A stretch of 63,133 nucleotides of DNA, counting the filler, from Octopus bimaculoides (taxonomy: Eukaryota): NCBI RefSeq assembly GCF_001194135.2. It is 4 parts of 4 records of this genome, joined end to end, with 100 filler letters (N's around TTAATTAATTAA, not from the genome) between each part and the next. Parts side by side here need not be neighbours in the genome. Positions count along the whole stretch, not along the records: positions 28,095 to 49,877 come from NC_068983.1; positions 49,978 to 60,165 come from NC_068995.1; 2 more parts are not named here. One strand, 5' to 3'. This document shows, in pieces, positions 38,505-50,017 of the stretch. The notes beneath the pieces were generated by a model. The model worked only from the letters and a program-made list of their open reading frames with translations, made no database searches and had not been told where the DNA came from. The position numbers and the translations under genes were made by a program. Positions within the stretch are counted from its first letter, which is position 1, and every line of letters begins with the position of its first letter.

Positions 38505-39386
38505 CAAGGTCAGATCAATAAGTATCCGGTCTGTTGTCATAGTAACGAAGCTAAAATATGACAGAGTAAAGCCGCTTGACACAGGTTGACCTTTAACTCT
38601 GCCGTGCATGCGCACTAATGTTTATCGTTCTAGCTCACTTCCACTGTTTACAGCAGTGCTTGGAAGGAAGGTGTGTAGCGTGTGATCGTCGCATTGACCA
38701 AGATAGAGAAAGTTGTCATGGCGATACCTGCTCAGAAGCCTGCGCAAAGTTGCAGTAAGTGTATAGAGAGGAGTGTATGAGCCGCACGCAAGTGTGAGAG
38801 TGGTTCAGACGTTTCCAAGATGGCCGAAAAAAATGTCGATATTGACGAACGTTCTGGGAGACCCGCAACCAGCAGAGCTGAGAAAAACATCGCAGATGTG
38901 TATGCAGCTGTGAGGGGAAATCGTCGAATCACTATCTGTGATTTATCAACGGATGTGCAGATTAGCTGCAGTTCAGTTCAGTCTGTAATCATTGAAGATT
39001 TGGGTATGAAACGCGTGCCTGCCAAGGTTGTGCCAAAACTGCTTTCAGCTGACCAAAAAGACACTCGGGTTTCATTGCACAAGATCTTGATTGTGTCGAG
39101 AACGATGAAAACTTTTTGAAAACTTTTCGTAGGCCTCTGAGCAGGTATCGTCAAGCTCTTGGCAAAATTCTCCGCCTAGCTTATTCTATCATTGTCAATG
39201 CGACGATCACACGCTACACATGTTCCTTCCAAGCACTGCTGTAAACAGTAGAAGTGAACTAGAATGTTAAAACTTAGTGCACATGCACAGCAGTGTTTAA
39301 GGTCAATCTGTGCGAAGCGGCGTCGCTCTCCGTGCTTTAGCTTCGTTACTATAGCAAACGTCCGGATACTTATTGATCAGACCACG
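38505..39386 (+). mobile_element. Non-autonomous mariner derivative with two 5' ends, copy 2 (complete)
   Basis: TA at both ends, TIR GGTC(A/T)GATCAATAAGTATCCGG; internal KNVDIDERSGRPATS...EDLGMKRVPAKVVPKLLSADQKDTRV...ENDENFLK (mariner HTH region, no DDD domain). Confidence 0.9.
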
Positions 39387-40274
39387 TAAATATATATGTG
39401 TGTGTGTGTGTTTGTGAGTATATGTGTGTATGATGTATGTATGTGTGTATGTATGCGTAAGCGTGAGTTACTACTTACATGTATGAGTAGATGAATCTGT
39501 GAGAAGCTGAATATGTATTTGTGGGTAAGTATGTGTGTATATATGTATTACACCATGAAACGTATATGCAATGTGTATGGGTGTATGTCCTCACAACCTG
39601 CACGTGTAGTTAGAGACAGTATTTATGTCAATGTAATATGTAACTTAGACTCTGTATGTGTTTGAGTGTGTGCTTGTGCGCGCGCGCGCGCGCGTGTGTG
39701 TTGTCTCGCTCATGTTTACTCAGACGGGTGTGTTATTCACGACATAGAGGTTCGACGTACTAGTAATCTATTAATTTCTATAAAGAAGCAGGAGGTTACC
39801 AACTTCTTGCTAGTCTAGTTTTCGTTTTCATAAACAAAATATGACACAAACGACAAAAAGAAACAACAATAATTACGATAAGAACAACAACAATTGTTCC
39901 TAATTTAGGCACAAGCCAGCGATTTAAAAAGAAAAACAGGGTAAGCTAATACTATCCGCCTCAACGATTGACTTGTACCTTATTTTATCGCTCCCACCCA
40001 CCACCTATCAGTAATTGACTGGTACTTTATTTTATCGGTTCCAGGAGCTCAAAGGGAAAAATTGACTTCCGTGAGTTTTGAACTCAGAACGGAAAGAACC
40101 GGAACAAGCACTGCAAAGCAGTTTTCCTGACGCTCTAACAAATTTACCATTAATAATTCTTTCTTACTAAGAACGTAAAGACGGACTGAACGCCACAACG
40201 CATCTTGCTCGGTGTTGAGCGCTGGAAAAATGCATTGCGGCATTTATTCCCACAGTCGACTTTGGTTTTGTTAT

Positions 40275-40428
40275 GTCTCAAGCTACTGCTCTCTAGCACC
40301 TTTGGATGATCTTTACTCAACCACTACACAACTGCTACTCGACTGCTACTCAACCCCTACCACGACCAGACTACCTCTATTTATATGTCTTGGGAGATTC
40401 TATTTCCTCGCCTCGGGGCGTCGACACA
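40275..40428 (-). mobile_element. Possible solo-LTR fragment
   Basis: Minus strand begins TGTGTCGACG, with TATAAATAG ~45 bp inside; no partner or 3' end found. Confidence 0.25.
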
Positions 40429-41127
40429 ACAGGTTTTCATCCTTTCGCGGTCAATGAAAGAAGTACCGTTGAATGCTGGGGTCGATGTTGTCGACTAGCC
40501 GCCTCTCTCAAAGTTTTAAGCCTTGTGCATATAATAGAAAGGATTATTATTTTGATTTTAATTGGCTCAAGGGGGGGCATGATGTTGGCTAAAGTAGAAA
40601 GAGCAAGTAGGAGAGTCAAGAGGGGAGATTAATAAAACCTGTGGAGTGGGATATAAAGCGGGATAAAGCTCATTGACACTAGATTCGCCTCATTAACTAA
40701 AAAATTTAGCTTAACCTTTAGCTTCTTCAGTAGAACTATCTCAAGCAAAATCTTTTTCCTCCGATGCAATAAATATTTTTCGTTATAATATTATATTATA
40801 AATTAATAATTTTTCTCATTATATTTGTTATTCGCTTGTCTCGGAGAAAGATCTGGGAACATGTCATTAAATAAGCCTAACAGGATATTAAACAGAAAAT
40901 AACTCAATTAGCAAATCATAAAGTGTCTGTCACAAGAAATGGCGTGTTCATAGATATTTGTGTATAAGAAAATGTAATAAGGTCTTGGGAAGCTGTTTCC
41001 GATACCTGACCTAGCTTCATGCCCGCAATTAGCTGTATAAATGTAAAAGGAGTTCAGCCTTATTGACTTTTGTAGGTTGTATCCATGGAAATTGGCTACC
41101 TCCTCAACACGGCTTTAACATTCATTG

Positions 41128-41187
<60 letters not shown>

Positions 41188-41444
41188 ATGCCTATGTCAC
41201 CATGTAAGCAATAAATTTTAAAGTCTTGTAGAGGCATGTGATCAATGTGACTTGCTACATAGAATATGTGATATGATTAGGAATTTATTTATGCAGACAC
41301 TTTTGGGTGACTTGGCTTCTTCAATGGAAGTAAACACCAACGGCATGCATTAGAAACGCAAAGCACGCACACATACTTACAGTCACATACATACATAATA
41401 CATACATACATACATACATACATACACATATACATGTATGTATG

Positions 41445-41689
41445 TATTCTTTTATTCTTTTACTTGTATTAGTCATTTGACTGTGGCCATGCTGGAGCAC
41501 CGCCTTTAGTCGAACAAATCGACCCCAGGACTTATTCTTTGTATGCCTAGTACTTATTCGCTCCGATCTCTTTTGCCGAGCCGGTAGGTTACGGGTACGT
41601 AAACACACCGACATCGGTATCATGCGATGGTGGGGGGAACAAACACAGACATACAGATAAATACACACACACACACACAGAGCCCCCCC

Positions 41690-41723
<34 letters not shown>

Positions 41724-41875
41724 GACGGGCTTCTTTCAGTTTCCGTCCACCAAATCCACTCACAAGGCTTTGGTCGGAATGAAGCTATAGTAGGAGACAT
41801 TTGCCCAAGGTGTCACGCAGTGGGACTGAACCCGGGACCATGTGGTTGGGAAGCAAGCTTCTTACCACACAGCTA
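41445..41875 (-). mobile_element. SINE family D, near full length
   Basis: tRNA-like head, CCTTGGGCAAA core, internal microsatellite, (AAAAGAAT) tail. Confidence 0.9.
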
Positions 41876-42538
41876 NNNNNNNNNNNNNNNNNNNNNNNNN
41901 NNNNNNNNNNNNNNNNNNNNNNNNNNNNNNNNNNNNNNNNNNNNNNNNNNNNNNNNNNNNNNNNNNNNNNNNNNNNNNNNNNNNNNNNNNNNNNNNNNNN
42001 NNNNNNNNNNNNNNNNNNNNNNNNNNNNNNNNNNNNNNNNNNNNNNNNNNNNNNNNNNNNNNNNNNNNNNNNNNNNNNNNNNNNNNNNNNNNNNNNNNNN
42101 NNNNNNNNNNNNNNNNNNNNNNNNNNNNNNNNNNNNNNNNNNNNNNNNNNNNNNNNNNNNNNNNNNNNNNNNNNNNNNNNNNNNNNNNNNNNNNNNNNNN
42201 NNNNNNNNNNNNNNNNNNNNNNNNNNNNNNNNNNNNNNNNNNNNNNNNNNNNNNNNNNNNNNNNNNNNNNNNNNNNNNNNNNNNNNNNNNNNNNNNNNNN
42301 NNNNNNNNNNNNNNNNNNNNNNNNNNNNNNNNNNNNNNNNNNNNNNNNNNNNNNNNNNNNNNNNNNNNNNNNNNNNNNNNNNNNNNNNNNNNNNNNNNNN
42401 NNNNNNNNNNNNNNNNNNNNNNNNNNNNNNNNNNNNNNNNNNNNNNNNNNNNNNNNNNNNNNNNNNNNNNNNNNNNNNNNNNNNNNNNNNNNNNNNNNNN
42501 NNNNNNNNNNNNNNNNNNNNNNNNNNNNNTATATATAT

Positions 42539-42577
<39 letters not shown>

Positions 42578-42889
42578 TACATACATACATGCATACATAC
42601 ATACATACATACATACATACATACATACATACATACATACATACATACTAGGGTTGATTCATTCGACTATAAGTTCTTTAAGGTGGTGCCCCAGCATAGC
42701 CGCAATCTAATGACTGTCTTCTCTGATTTATTTCCATCTTAATAATCATATGTTTATAAGTTATTAGGTCTAATTATTATTGTGAAAAAAAAAACAAAAA
42801 AACATCAGGATATCCATTTCTATTCATTTTTTCAAGCACACACACACATACATATATGTATGTATGTATGTATGTATGTATTCATATAC

Positions 42890-43400
42890 GTGCCTTATTC
42901 CTGTTACCTTTCTTTTCCCCTCTCGCGCGCGCCTCACATCCGTCCCCACCTCCACCTTTCCGCGCCTTCCTCTCACATACAATTTGTTTACACTTACACA
43001 CCATCTTCCCGCACTCCCACTACCCTAAGCCACTATACTCACACATTTTCACACTTGCACACATCCCAAGACACCATAAACACCCCATAAAGCCATACAC
43101 ATACTCCTCAACCTATGCACCCTTCTATAAATGGATGCCCTCTAATAGATGCACACACCACCCCGCTTCCTTCTCCCTTTCTAACTGCCCCTTAAAAAAT
43201 CGTATTCTCATCCGTTCCCTAACAGCTTCACTTTTTTTCTTTCTTATTTTTAATTTCTCTAACCATTTTTTCTCATATGTCTCTTATATTTTTCTTTTCT
43301 ATCTTTCTTCTGGTGAAGAACTAGTGTCCGAAATGTCAAAACTCTTCCCTTTCTTTTTTAAGCGTTAAATACAACCATTGTTAAAACTTGTTTTTTCACG
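42890..43400 (+). mobile_element. Possible Penelope-like 3' remnant with degenerate hammerhead at ~43305-43345
   Basis: TTCTT CTGGTGA A GAAC-tagt-GTCC GAAA TG TC parallels the motif at 15242; pyrimidine-rich context. Confidence 0.35.
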
Positions 43401-43444
43401 TCTTCATTTTGTGCTCATTGCTTACTTATATATATATATATATA

Positions 43445-43830
43445 TTTCAGTCATTTGATTGTGGCCATGCTGGAGCACCACCTTTTTAGTCGAGCAAATC
43501 GACCCAGGACTTATTCTTTGTAAGCCTAGTACTTATTCTATCGGGCTCTTTTTGTCGAACCGCTAAATTACGGGGACGTAAACACACCACCATCGGTTGT
43601 CAAGCGATGTTGGGGGGACAAGCACAGACACGCAAACATATACACACACATACATATATATATACATATATACGACGGGTTTCTTTCAGTTTCCGGCTAC
43701 CAAATCCACTCACAAGGCTTAGGTCGGCCCGAGGTTATAGTAGAAGACACTTGCCCAAGGTGCCACGCAGTGGGAATGAACCCCGGAACCATGTGGTTCG
43801 TAAGCAAACTTCTTACCACACAGCCACTCC
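43445..43830 (-). mobile_element. SINE family D, near full length (other pieces 42640-42720, 58625-58800, 59445-59590, 60325-60535, 60585-60660)
   Basis: A box TGGCTGTGTGG, B box GGTTCATTCCC, collinear with 41445-41875. Confidence 0.9.
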
Positions 43831-44326
43831 TATATGTATATATATATACACACACAAGTATGTATGTATGTACATACATGTAATGTATTTATGTATGTAT
43901 GTATGTATGTATGTATGTATGTATGTATGTATGTATGTATGTATGTATGCGTGTACGTACGTATGTATGTATATAAAAATGCACTGACGACTCTCTCTAC
44001 TTGCTTACCTTGTCAAGATCAGATAAGTAGAAATGATAGCGAGGCCCCTGACTTCGTTAATGACTTCCACCCCACTTCAATTTACAAGATAATCTTCTCA
44101 CTTCTATATTGCACTCCGGAAACTGATGTCGCTGGAATACCTTTGTTTAGCAATCCTCGAGAAAGTCTGAATGCTGATTCAGTTCTGGTCTAAGTGCCTC
44201 CCCTTGCTGAATATGAAGCCTCTAGAAAGAATTGTAAATGTAAAAATCAGTCATATCTGAGTCAACAGTACAAAACAACAATGTATATGTATGTGTGTAT
44301 GTGTGTATGTATGCCTGTATGCGTGT

Positions 44327-44372
<46 letters not shown>

Positions 44373-44577
44373 CTGTCTATCTGTCTGTCTCTGTCTCTGT
44401 CTGTCTGTGTGTCTCTCTCTCTATATATATACATACACACATATACATACATATATATTTACACTCACTCATATCATATATCAAAAATGCATATACATAT
44501 ATACCTGTTGTCTGACTCATATATACCTGTTTGCATACATGTATACAAATGTCTAGTATATGTGCACTTGTTCGTGC

Positions 44578-44619
<42 letters not shown>

Positions 44620-44659
44620 GCATAGACTTACTCACACACACACACACACACACAGACAC

Positions 44660-45030
44660 ATGCTGGGTCATGAAGAAGAGGTAGTGTCCAAAGCCTTCGT
44701 AGTTCTTCGAAACCAAAGAGTGTTGATGTAGAGGTTAGCTCTAGGCCTGTGTTTGAACAGAAACTGAAGTTGATAGAAAGGGAGATGATGTAAGGGGTAA
44801 GTGTTTGCGACGGTATGGGTCCAGCCCGCTCCGAGGAGCGGGCACAGACGATTATAGTAGTTGTACAAAATAACAGGGAGGAGACATCACATCTACATGC
44901 CAAGAAGCTGGAGTGCGTCTACGAATCTTCATACTTATCAGTCAAAGGTCATTTGCTGGATGCTGTCAATATTTATGTATGCAGCAGCATCCCAGATGTA
45001 AAAAGGAATACTTCATTATGAATCACTACT
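44660..45030 (-). mobile_element. CR1/Jockey-group LINE RT C-terminal fragment
   Basis: RCDVSSLLF..MYNYYNRLCP...RANLYINTLWFRRTTKALDT resembles the RR.V.SL.LFY.YY.G.C...Y.NSF.PRT.RLWN.LP pattern. Confidence 0.6.
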
Positions 45031-45132
45031 GAGATCTGTAGAGTGTCGGTGATTTTAGTGGGGAAGGGCACGAAGAATTTTTGGCCCTAAAGGGAATAGT
45101 CAGCCTCTGTTGGCTCTGTTTATGTACTGCTT

Positions 45133-45326
45133 CGGCGAGCTGGCAGAATCGCTAGCATATCGGGCAAAATGCTTAGCGACATTTCATCCGTCTGAGTTCA
45201 AGTTCCACCGAGGTCGAATTTGCCTTTCATCCTTTAGGGGGTCGATAAAATAAGTACCAGTTGAACTCTGGGGGCTGATGTAATCGACTCATCCCCTCCC
45301 TCAAAATTGCTGCCCTTGTGCCAAAA

Positions 45327-45395
<69 letters not shown>

Positions 45396-45418
45396 ATGAA
45401 GGCAGCGANNNNNNNNNN

Positions 45419-45485
<67 letters not shown>

Positions 45486-45701
45486 ATGAAGGCAGCGAGC
45501 TGGCAGAATCGTTAGCACGCTGGACGAAATGCTTAGCGGTATTTCGCCCGTCGCTACGTTCTGAGTTCAAATCCCGCTGAGGTCAACTTTGCCTTTCATC
45601 CTTCGGGATCGAAAAATTATGCACCAGTTAAACACTGGGCTCGATGTAATCGACATAACCCCTCCCGCAAAATTTCAAGCCTTGTGCCTATAGTAGAAAG
45701 G

Positions 45702-45732
<31 letters not shown>

Positions 45733-46930
45733 TCATTATTATTATTATTATTATTACTACTACTACTAAAGCGGCGAGCTGGCAGAATAGTTACCACGCC
45801 GGACGAAATGGTTATCGGTATTTAGTCCGTCTTTACATTCTAAGTTCAAATTCCGCCGGGGTTGACTTTGCTTTCATCTTTTCGGGTCGAGCACTGGGGT
45901 CGATGTGATCGGCTAGTCCTCTCCCCCGAAATTTCAGGCATTGTGCCTATAGTAGAAAGGATTATTATTATTATTATTGATATTATTATTATTATTATTA
46001 TTATATATTTTCCTGTCTTGTTTTTTGTCCGCCACTACATTCCTCCATGGCAAGATTTAATTTGTGTATACAAATTTAATTTGCGGTCCATGGGAAGAGC
46101 CGTTTTAACGATGCGTCCTGCCCAGCTCTTCGAAACGCCGGTGTTAAAACGGGGGTAGCTGATGAAGTAGAATGTTCTCTATGTGGCTTGTGTGTTTTCT
46201 CGTCTACATTTTGTTTGCAATGTCCTGTACCCAGATATGCACCTATACATACAGGTGGATGNNNNNNNNNNNNNNNNNNNNNNNNNNNNNNNNNNNNNNN
46301 NNNNNNNNNNNNNNNNNNNNNNNNNNNNNNNNNNNNNNNNNNNNNNNNNNNNNNNNNNNNNNNNNNNNNNNNNNNNNNNNNNNNNNNNNNNNNNNNNNNN
46401 NNNNNNNNNNNNNNNNNNNNNNNNNNNNNNNNNNNNNNNNNNNNNNNNNNNNNNNNNNNNNNNNNNNNNNNNNNNNNNNNNNNNNNNNNNNNNNNNNNNN
46501 NNNNNNNNNNNNNNNNNNNNNNNNNNNNNNNNNNNNNNNNNNNNNNNNNNNNNNNNNNNNNNNNNNNNNNNNNNNNNNNNNNNNNNNNNNNNNNNNNNNN
46601 NNNNNNNNNNNNNNNNNNNNNNNNNNNNNNNNNNNNNNNNNNNNNNNNNNNNNNNNNNNNNNNNNNNNNNNNNNNNNNNNNNNNNNNNNNNNNNATATAT
46701 ATATAAATAAGGCGAACTGGCAGAATCATTAGCGCGCTGGGCAAAATGTTTATCAGTATTTCGTCCGTTGCTACGTCTGAGTTTAAATTCCGCCGAGGTC
46801 GACTTTACCTTTCATCCTATAGGGGTCGATAAAATAAGTACCAGTTGAACACTGGAGATTGATGTAATCGACTCATCCCCTCCCCCAAACTGCTGCCCTT
46901 GTGGCAAAATTTGAAACCATTATTATTATC
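45133..46930 (+). mobile_element. Cluster of four same-strand family C SINEs linked by (ATT)n/(GTT)n tails
   Basis: Heads GGC(G/A)GCGA(G/A)CTGGCAGAAT at ~45133, 45490, 45770 and 46710. Confidence 0.9.
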
Positions 46931-46959
46931 ATAGATCTAGTAGATCTGGTTTCACGAAA

Positions 46960-47200
46960 GATGTTTTGGTGGTCATCAAGGTAGATTCAATGTTGATGTT
47001 GATGGCTGTATCTGTCACCTTTAAGATATTTGAAGTACAATAGGATAGTAGTTGGGAAGATCAGAAGATTTATCGTTCTTGGCAATGGGTTTCAATATAG
47101 CTTGTCTGTAATAATTAGGATAAAATCTCTGTGAAGAGGGGGGGGGGTGATTTAAGACTAGCTCAGAAGTGCATTGTTTGAAGGTAATTGAAAGGACGTT
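46960..47200 (-). mobile_element. CR1/Jockey-group LINE RT N-terminal fragment
   Basis: FKQCTSEL...FYPNYYRQAILKPIAKNDKSSDLPNYYPIVL matches the K.CA.EL...FP..WK.A.V.PI.K....SDP.NYRPIAL motif. Confidence 0.7.
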
Positions 47201-47256
47201 ACATAATACATCCATGTATATGTATATAAATATGTTTATTCACACGCAGACACACG

Positions 47257-47532
47257 TATCACGTGATCATGTGACCGACCAGGCTATCAGATGTTGTTAC
47301 ATATCGCTGGTCACAATGCGCTTTTACATTGTTTTTGGCTTAAAATGACGCCACCCCGCTGGCTAGGCGAACAGGCCAACACTGCCCCCACCCCCACTTA
47401 GTCGTAAGAGGGGCTGGAGCAACGAGAAATGAAATGTTTTGCTCAAGAATACAACGCACCGCTCAGTCAGGGAATCGAACCGTCGATCTAGCGATTGTGA
47501 GTCCAACAACCTAACCATTAGCCCACGCGCCT
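47257..47532 (-). mobile_element. tRNA-derived SINE with family B head/core and a different tail
   Basis: B box GGTTCGATTCCC, core CTTGAGCAAAACATTTC.TTTC.CGTTGCTCCAG, then unrelated tail ending GGTCGGTCACATGATCACGTGATA. Confidence 0.8.
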
Positions 47533-48589
47533 TCACACACACACACACACACACACGCGCGCGCGCATATACATATATAATATACATCATTTATATATAC
47601 ATATGTATGCACATGCGTGAGTGTATGTGTGTATGCGTGTATATGTGTATGCATGCGTATATGTAACTCACAAATATCTTCACTTTTTAAAGAAACAGTT
47701 ACAATACGATGGAAATTAAGTTTAGACATTCCACCCAATATTCGAACGCTTCATTTAGTATATATTATTCAGCTACTGTATGTGGGAGGTGAGTCGCTAG
47801 TACAATGTAACACTGAGATTTGAAACTGCAATAATTTACGGGATATCAGGGTATTTATTTATCAAATGTCGACGTATACAATGAACCCAATCTTGTGTTG
47901 CTGTCATTATATTTCATAAGATTTTTAAGAACTTCTTTCGATTGAAACGGCAAACCTGGTGATTTTCATGTTTCATTAAGCGTAATGGTATAGGATGATA
48001 GACTTTTTACAAAGGTATTTTCTCGTTGAGAAAGTGAAACTACTCAACTATTCTTCTCCGTTGACAGGCTGTCTCAATAACAAGCGCCGTGGGATAGTTA
48101 GTAGCTAAGGTCTATTCTACTGGAAAGAAGAAGAAAGAGGGAGAAAATAGAAAGGAGTAGAAGAAGAAAGAAAATAATCTAAAGGAGCAAGCAAATGTTG
48201 ATAGAAAGCGAGAGACGAAAAGGAAGAAGGAGAAGATAAAGAGAGTAAAGGGGAGTGTGTGTGTGTGTGTGTGAGGAGAGGGCGGTGAGGTGGTGGTGAG
48301 AAAGACAATTTAGAAGTAAAGAGAGGAAAAGAAGACAAGAAAAGAGCAGTTTCTTTTTAAAGTATCAATGGAGACTAACATTTACATGATAACTATGGCC
48401 GCCCTTCCCTGCTGGTTGTTTTCTATACAAAATAGTCTGTTAGGGCTGCCCCTGTTGCGTAGACAACTCCTCCTGCCAAATGGCCCAGCATTGTGTAGTC
48501 GGGCAACTTAAAACTTCGCACACCAATAACACCTTCGTCTCAAAATGTTCACGACGCTGGAAATAATTTTCACTTAAGTCAATACTTAC

Positions 48590-48677
48590 TTGCCAAAAGG
48601 CAAATCCGAATAATAAATATTGGCTTCCTTTGTCGGTTTCAATTTCGCAAACTCGACTTCGCGTGTCAATCACGCCC
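48590..48677 (-). CDS. Candidate 88-nt exon (GVIDTRSRVCEIETDKGSQYLLFGFAFWQ), coding status uncertain
   Basis: Acceptor tttttttttatgctgtctag|G and donor CAA|GTAAGT both canonical; only one of three frames open; unique GC-richer island. Confidence 0.4.
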
Positions 48678-48805
48678 CTAGACAGCATAAAAAAAAAAGA
48701 CAAACATAAGGATTAAAATAGATAAGCGCCCTCTTCTCCGCATTGTCTCGTCTTAACAATCTATAATATTTTGTAATGCATAGCTTCGACTCACTGAATA
48801 TAGCG

Positions 48806-48817
48806 TTTCCCGCCAAA
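48806..48817. promoter_or_regulatory. E2F-consensus site TTTCCCGCCAAA
   Basis: Exact match to the TTTSSCGC E2F consensus ~130 bp upstream (minus strand) of the candidate exon; a single motif only. Confidence 0.25.
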
Positions 48818-49229
48818 CTTCTTTTATATCGTTTGTTTCTCTCTTTCTCTTTTCACCCCTTTATATGCTTCACTCTTTATATTTCTCATCTCTTGTGAAC
48901 TTTTTCTTNNNNNNNNNNNNNNNNNNNNNNNNNNNNNNNNNNNNNNNNNNNNNNNNNNNNNNNNNNNNNNNNNNNNNNNNNNNNNNNNNNNNNNNNNNNN
49001 NNNNNNNNNNNNNNNNNNNNNNNNNNNNNNNNNNNNNNNNNNNNNNNNNNNNNNNNNNNNNNNNNNNNNNNNNNNNNNNNNNNNNNNNNNNNNNNNNNNN
49101 NNNNNNNNNNNNNNNNNNNNNNNNNNNNNNNNNNNNNNNNNNNNNNNNNNNNNNNNNNNNNNNNNNNNNNNNNNNNNNNNNNNNNNNNNNNNNNNNNNNN
49201 NNNNNNNNNNNNNNNNNNNNNNNNNNNNN

Positions 49230-49267
<38 letters not shown>

Positions 49268-49427
49268 TATATATATATAAGTATATATATACAAGTAAGT
49301 ATGTATCTATACATATATGCACACATATTTACATACATTATCTATCTATCTATCTATCTATACATACGTACATACATGTATACACACGCTCGCGCGCACA
49401 TCCACACACACACACATAATACATACA

Positions 49428-49464
<37 letters not shown>

Positions 49465-49828
49465 AGTCCCAGCCCTAATTTTTATTTTTATTATTATTGT
49501 TATTTTTGCTTTCGATGATTATTCCTCTCTCCTCTCCTCTCTTTCTTTCTTTCTTTCTTTCTTTATTTCTTTCTTTCTTACGTTCTCTCTCTCTCTCTCT
49601 CTCTCTCACTCTTTCTTTCTTTCTTTCTTTCTCCTTAATTTACCAATGCAACTCATTCCTTTTCAACTGAGAACGCTTGAAGAAAGTATTTCAATGTCGC
49701 CGGCACGAAAGAGTTCGTTGTTCGGAATGTTTAAAGAAACAACTCTGGTGTTTGAGCCTCAATTCTCCTAAGCTCATTCAGTTTTCAATGGCAGCAGACT
49801 TTAAAAGCAATCTTATTAAAATAGCAAA

Positions 49829-49877
<49 letters not shown>

Positions 49878-49977
49878 NNNNNNNNNNNNNNNNNNNNNNN
49901 NNNNNNNNNNNNNNNNNNNNNTTAATTAATTAANNNNNNNNNNNNNNNNNNNNNNNNNNNNNNNNNNNNNNNNNNNN
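49878..49977. other. Artificial 100-bp scaffold spacer
   Basis: 44 N + TTAATTAATTAA + 44 N. Confidence 0.95.

Positions 49978-50017
<40 letters not shown>

Noticed and set aside
46094-46152. HDV-like ribozyme interpretation of the pseudoknot
   Set aside because: No proper P3/L3, no P1.1 GG and no J4/2 catalytic C arrangement
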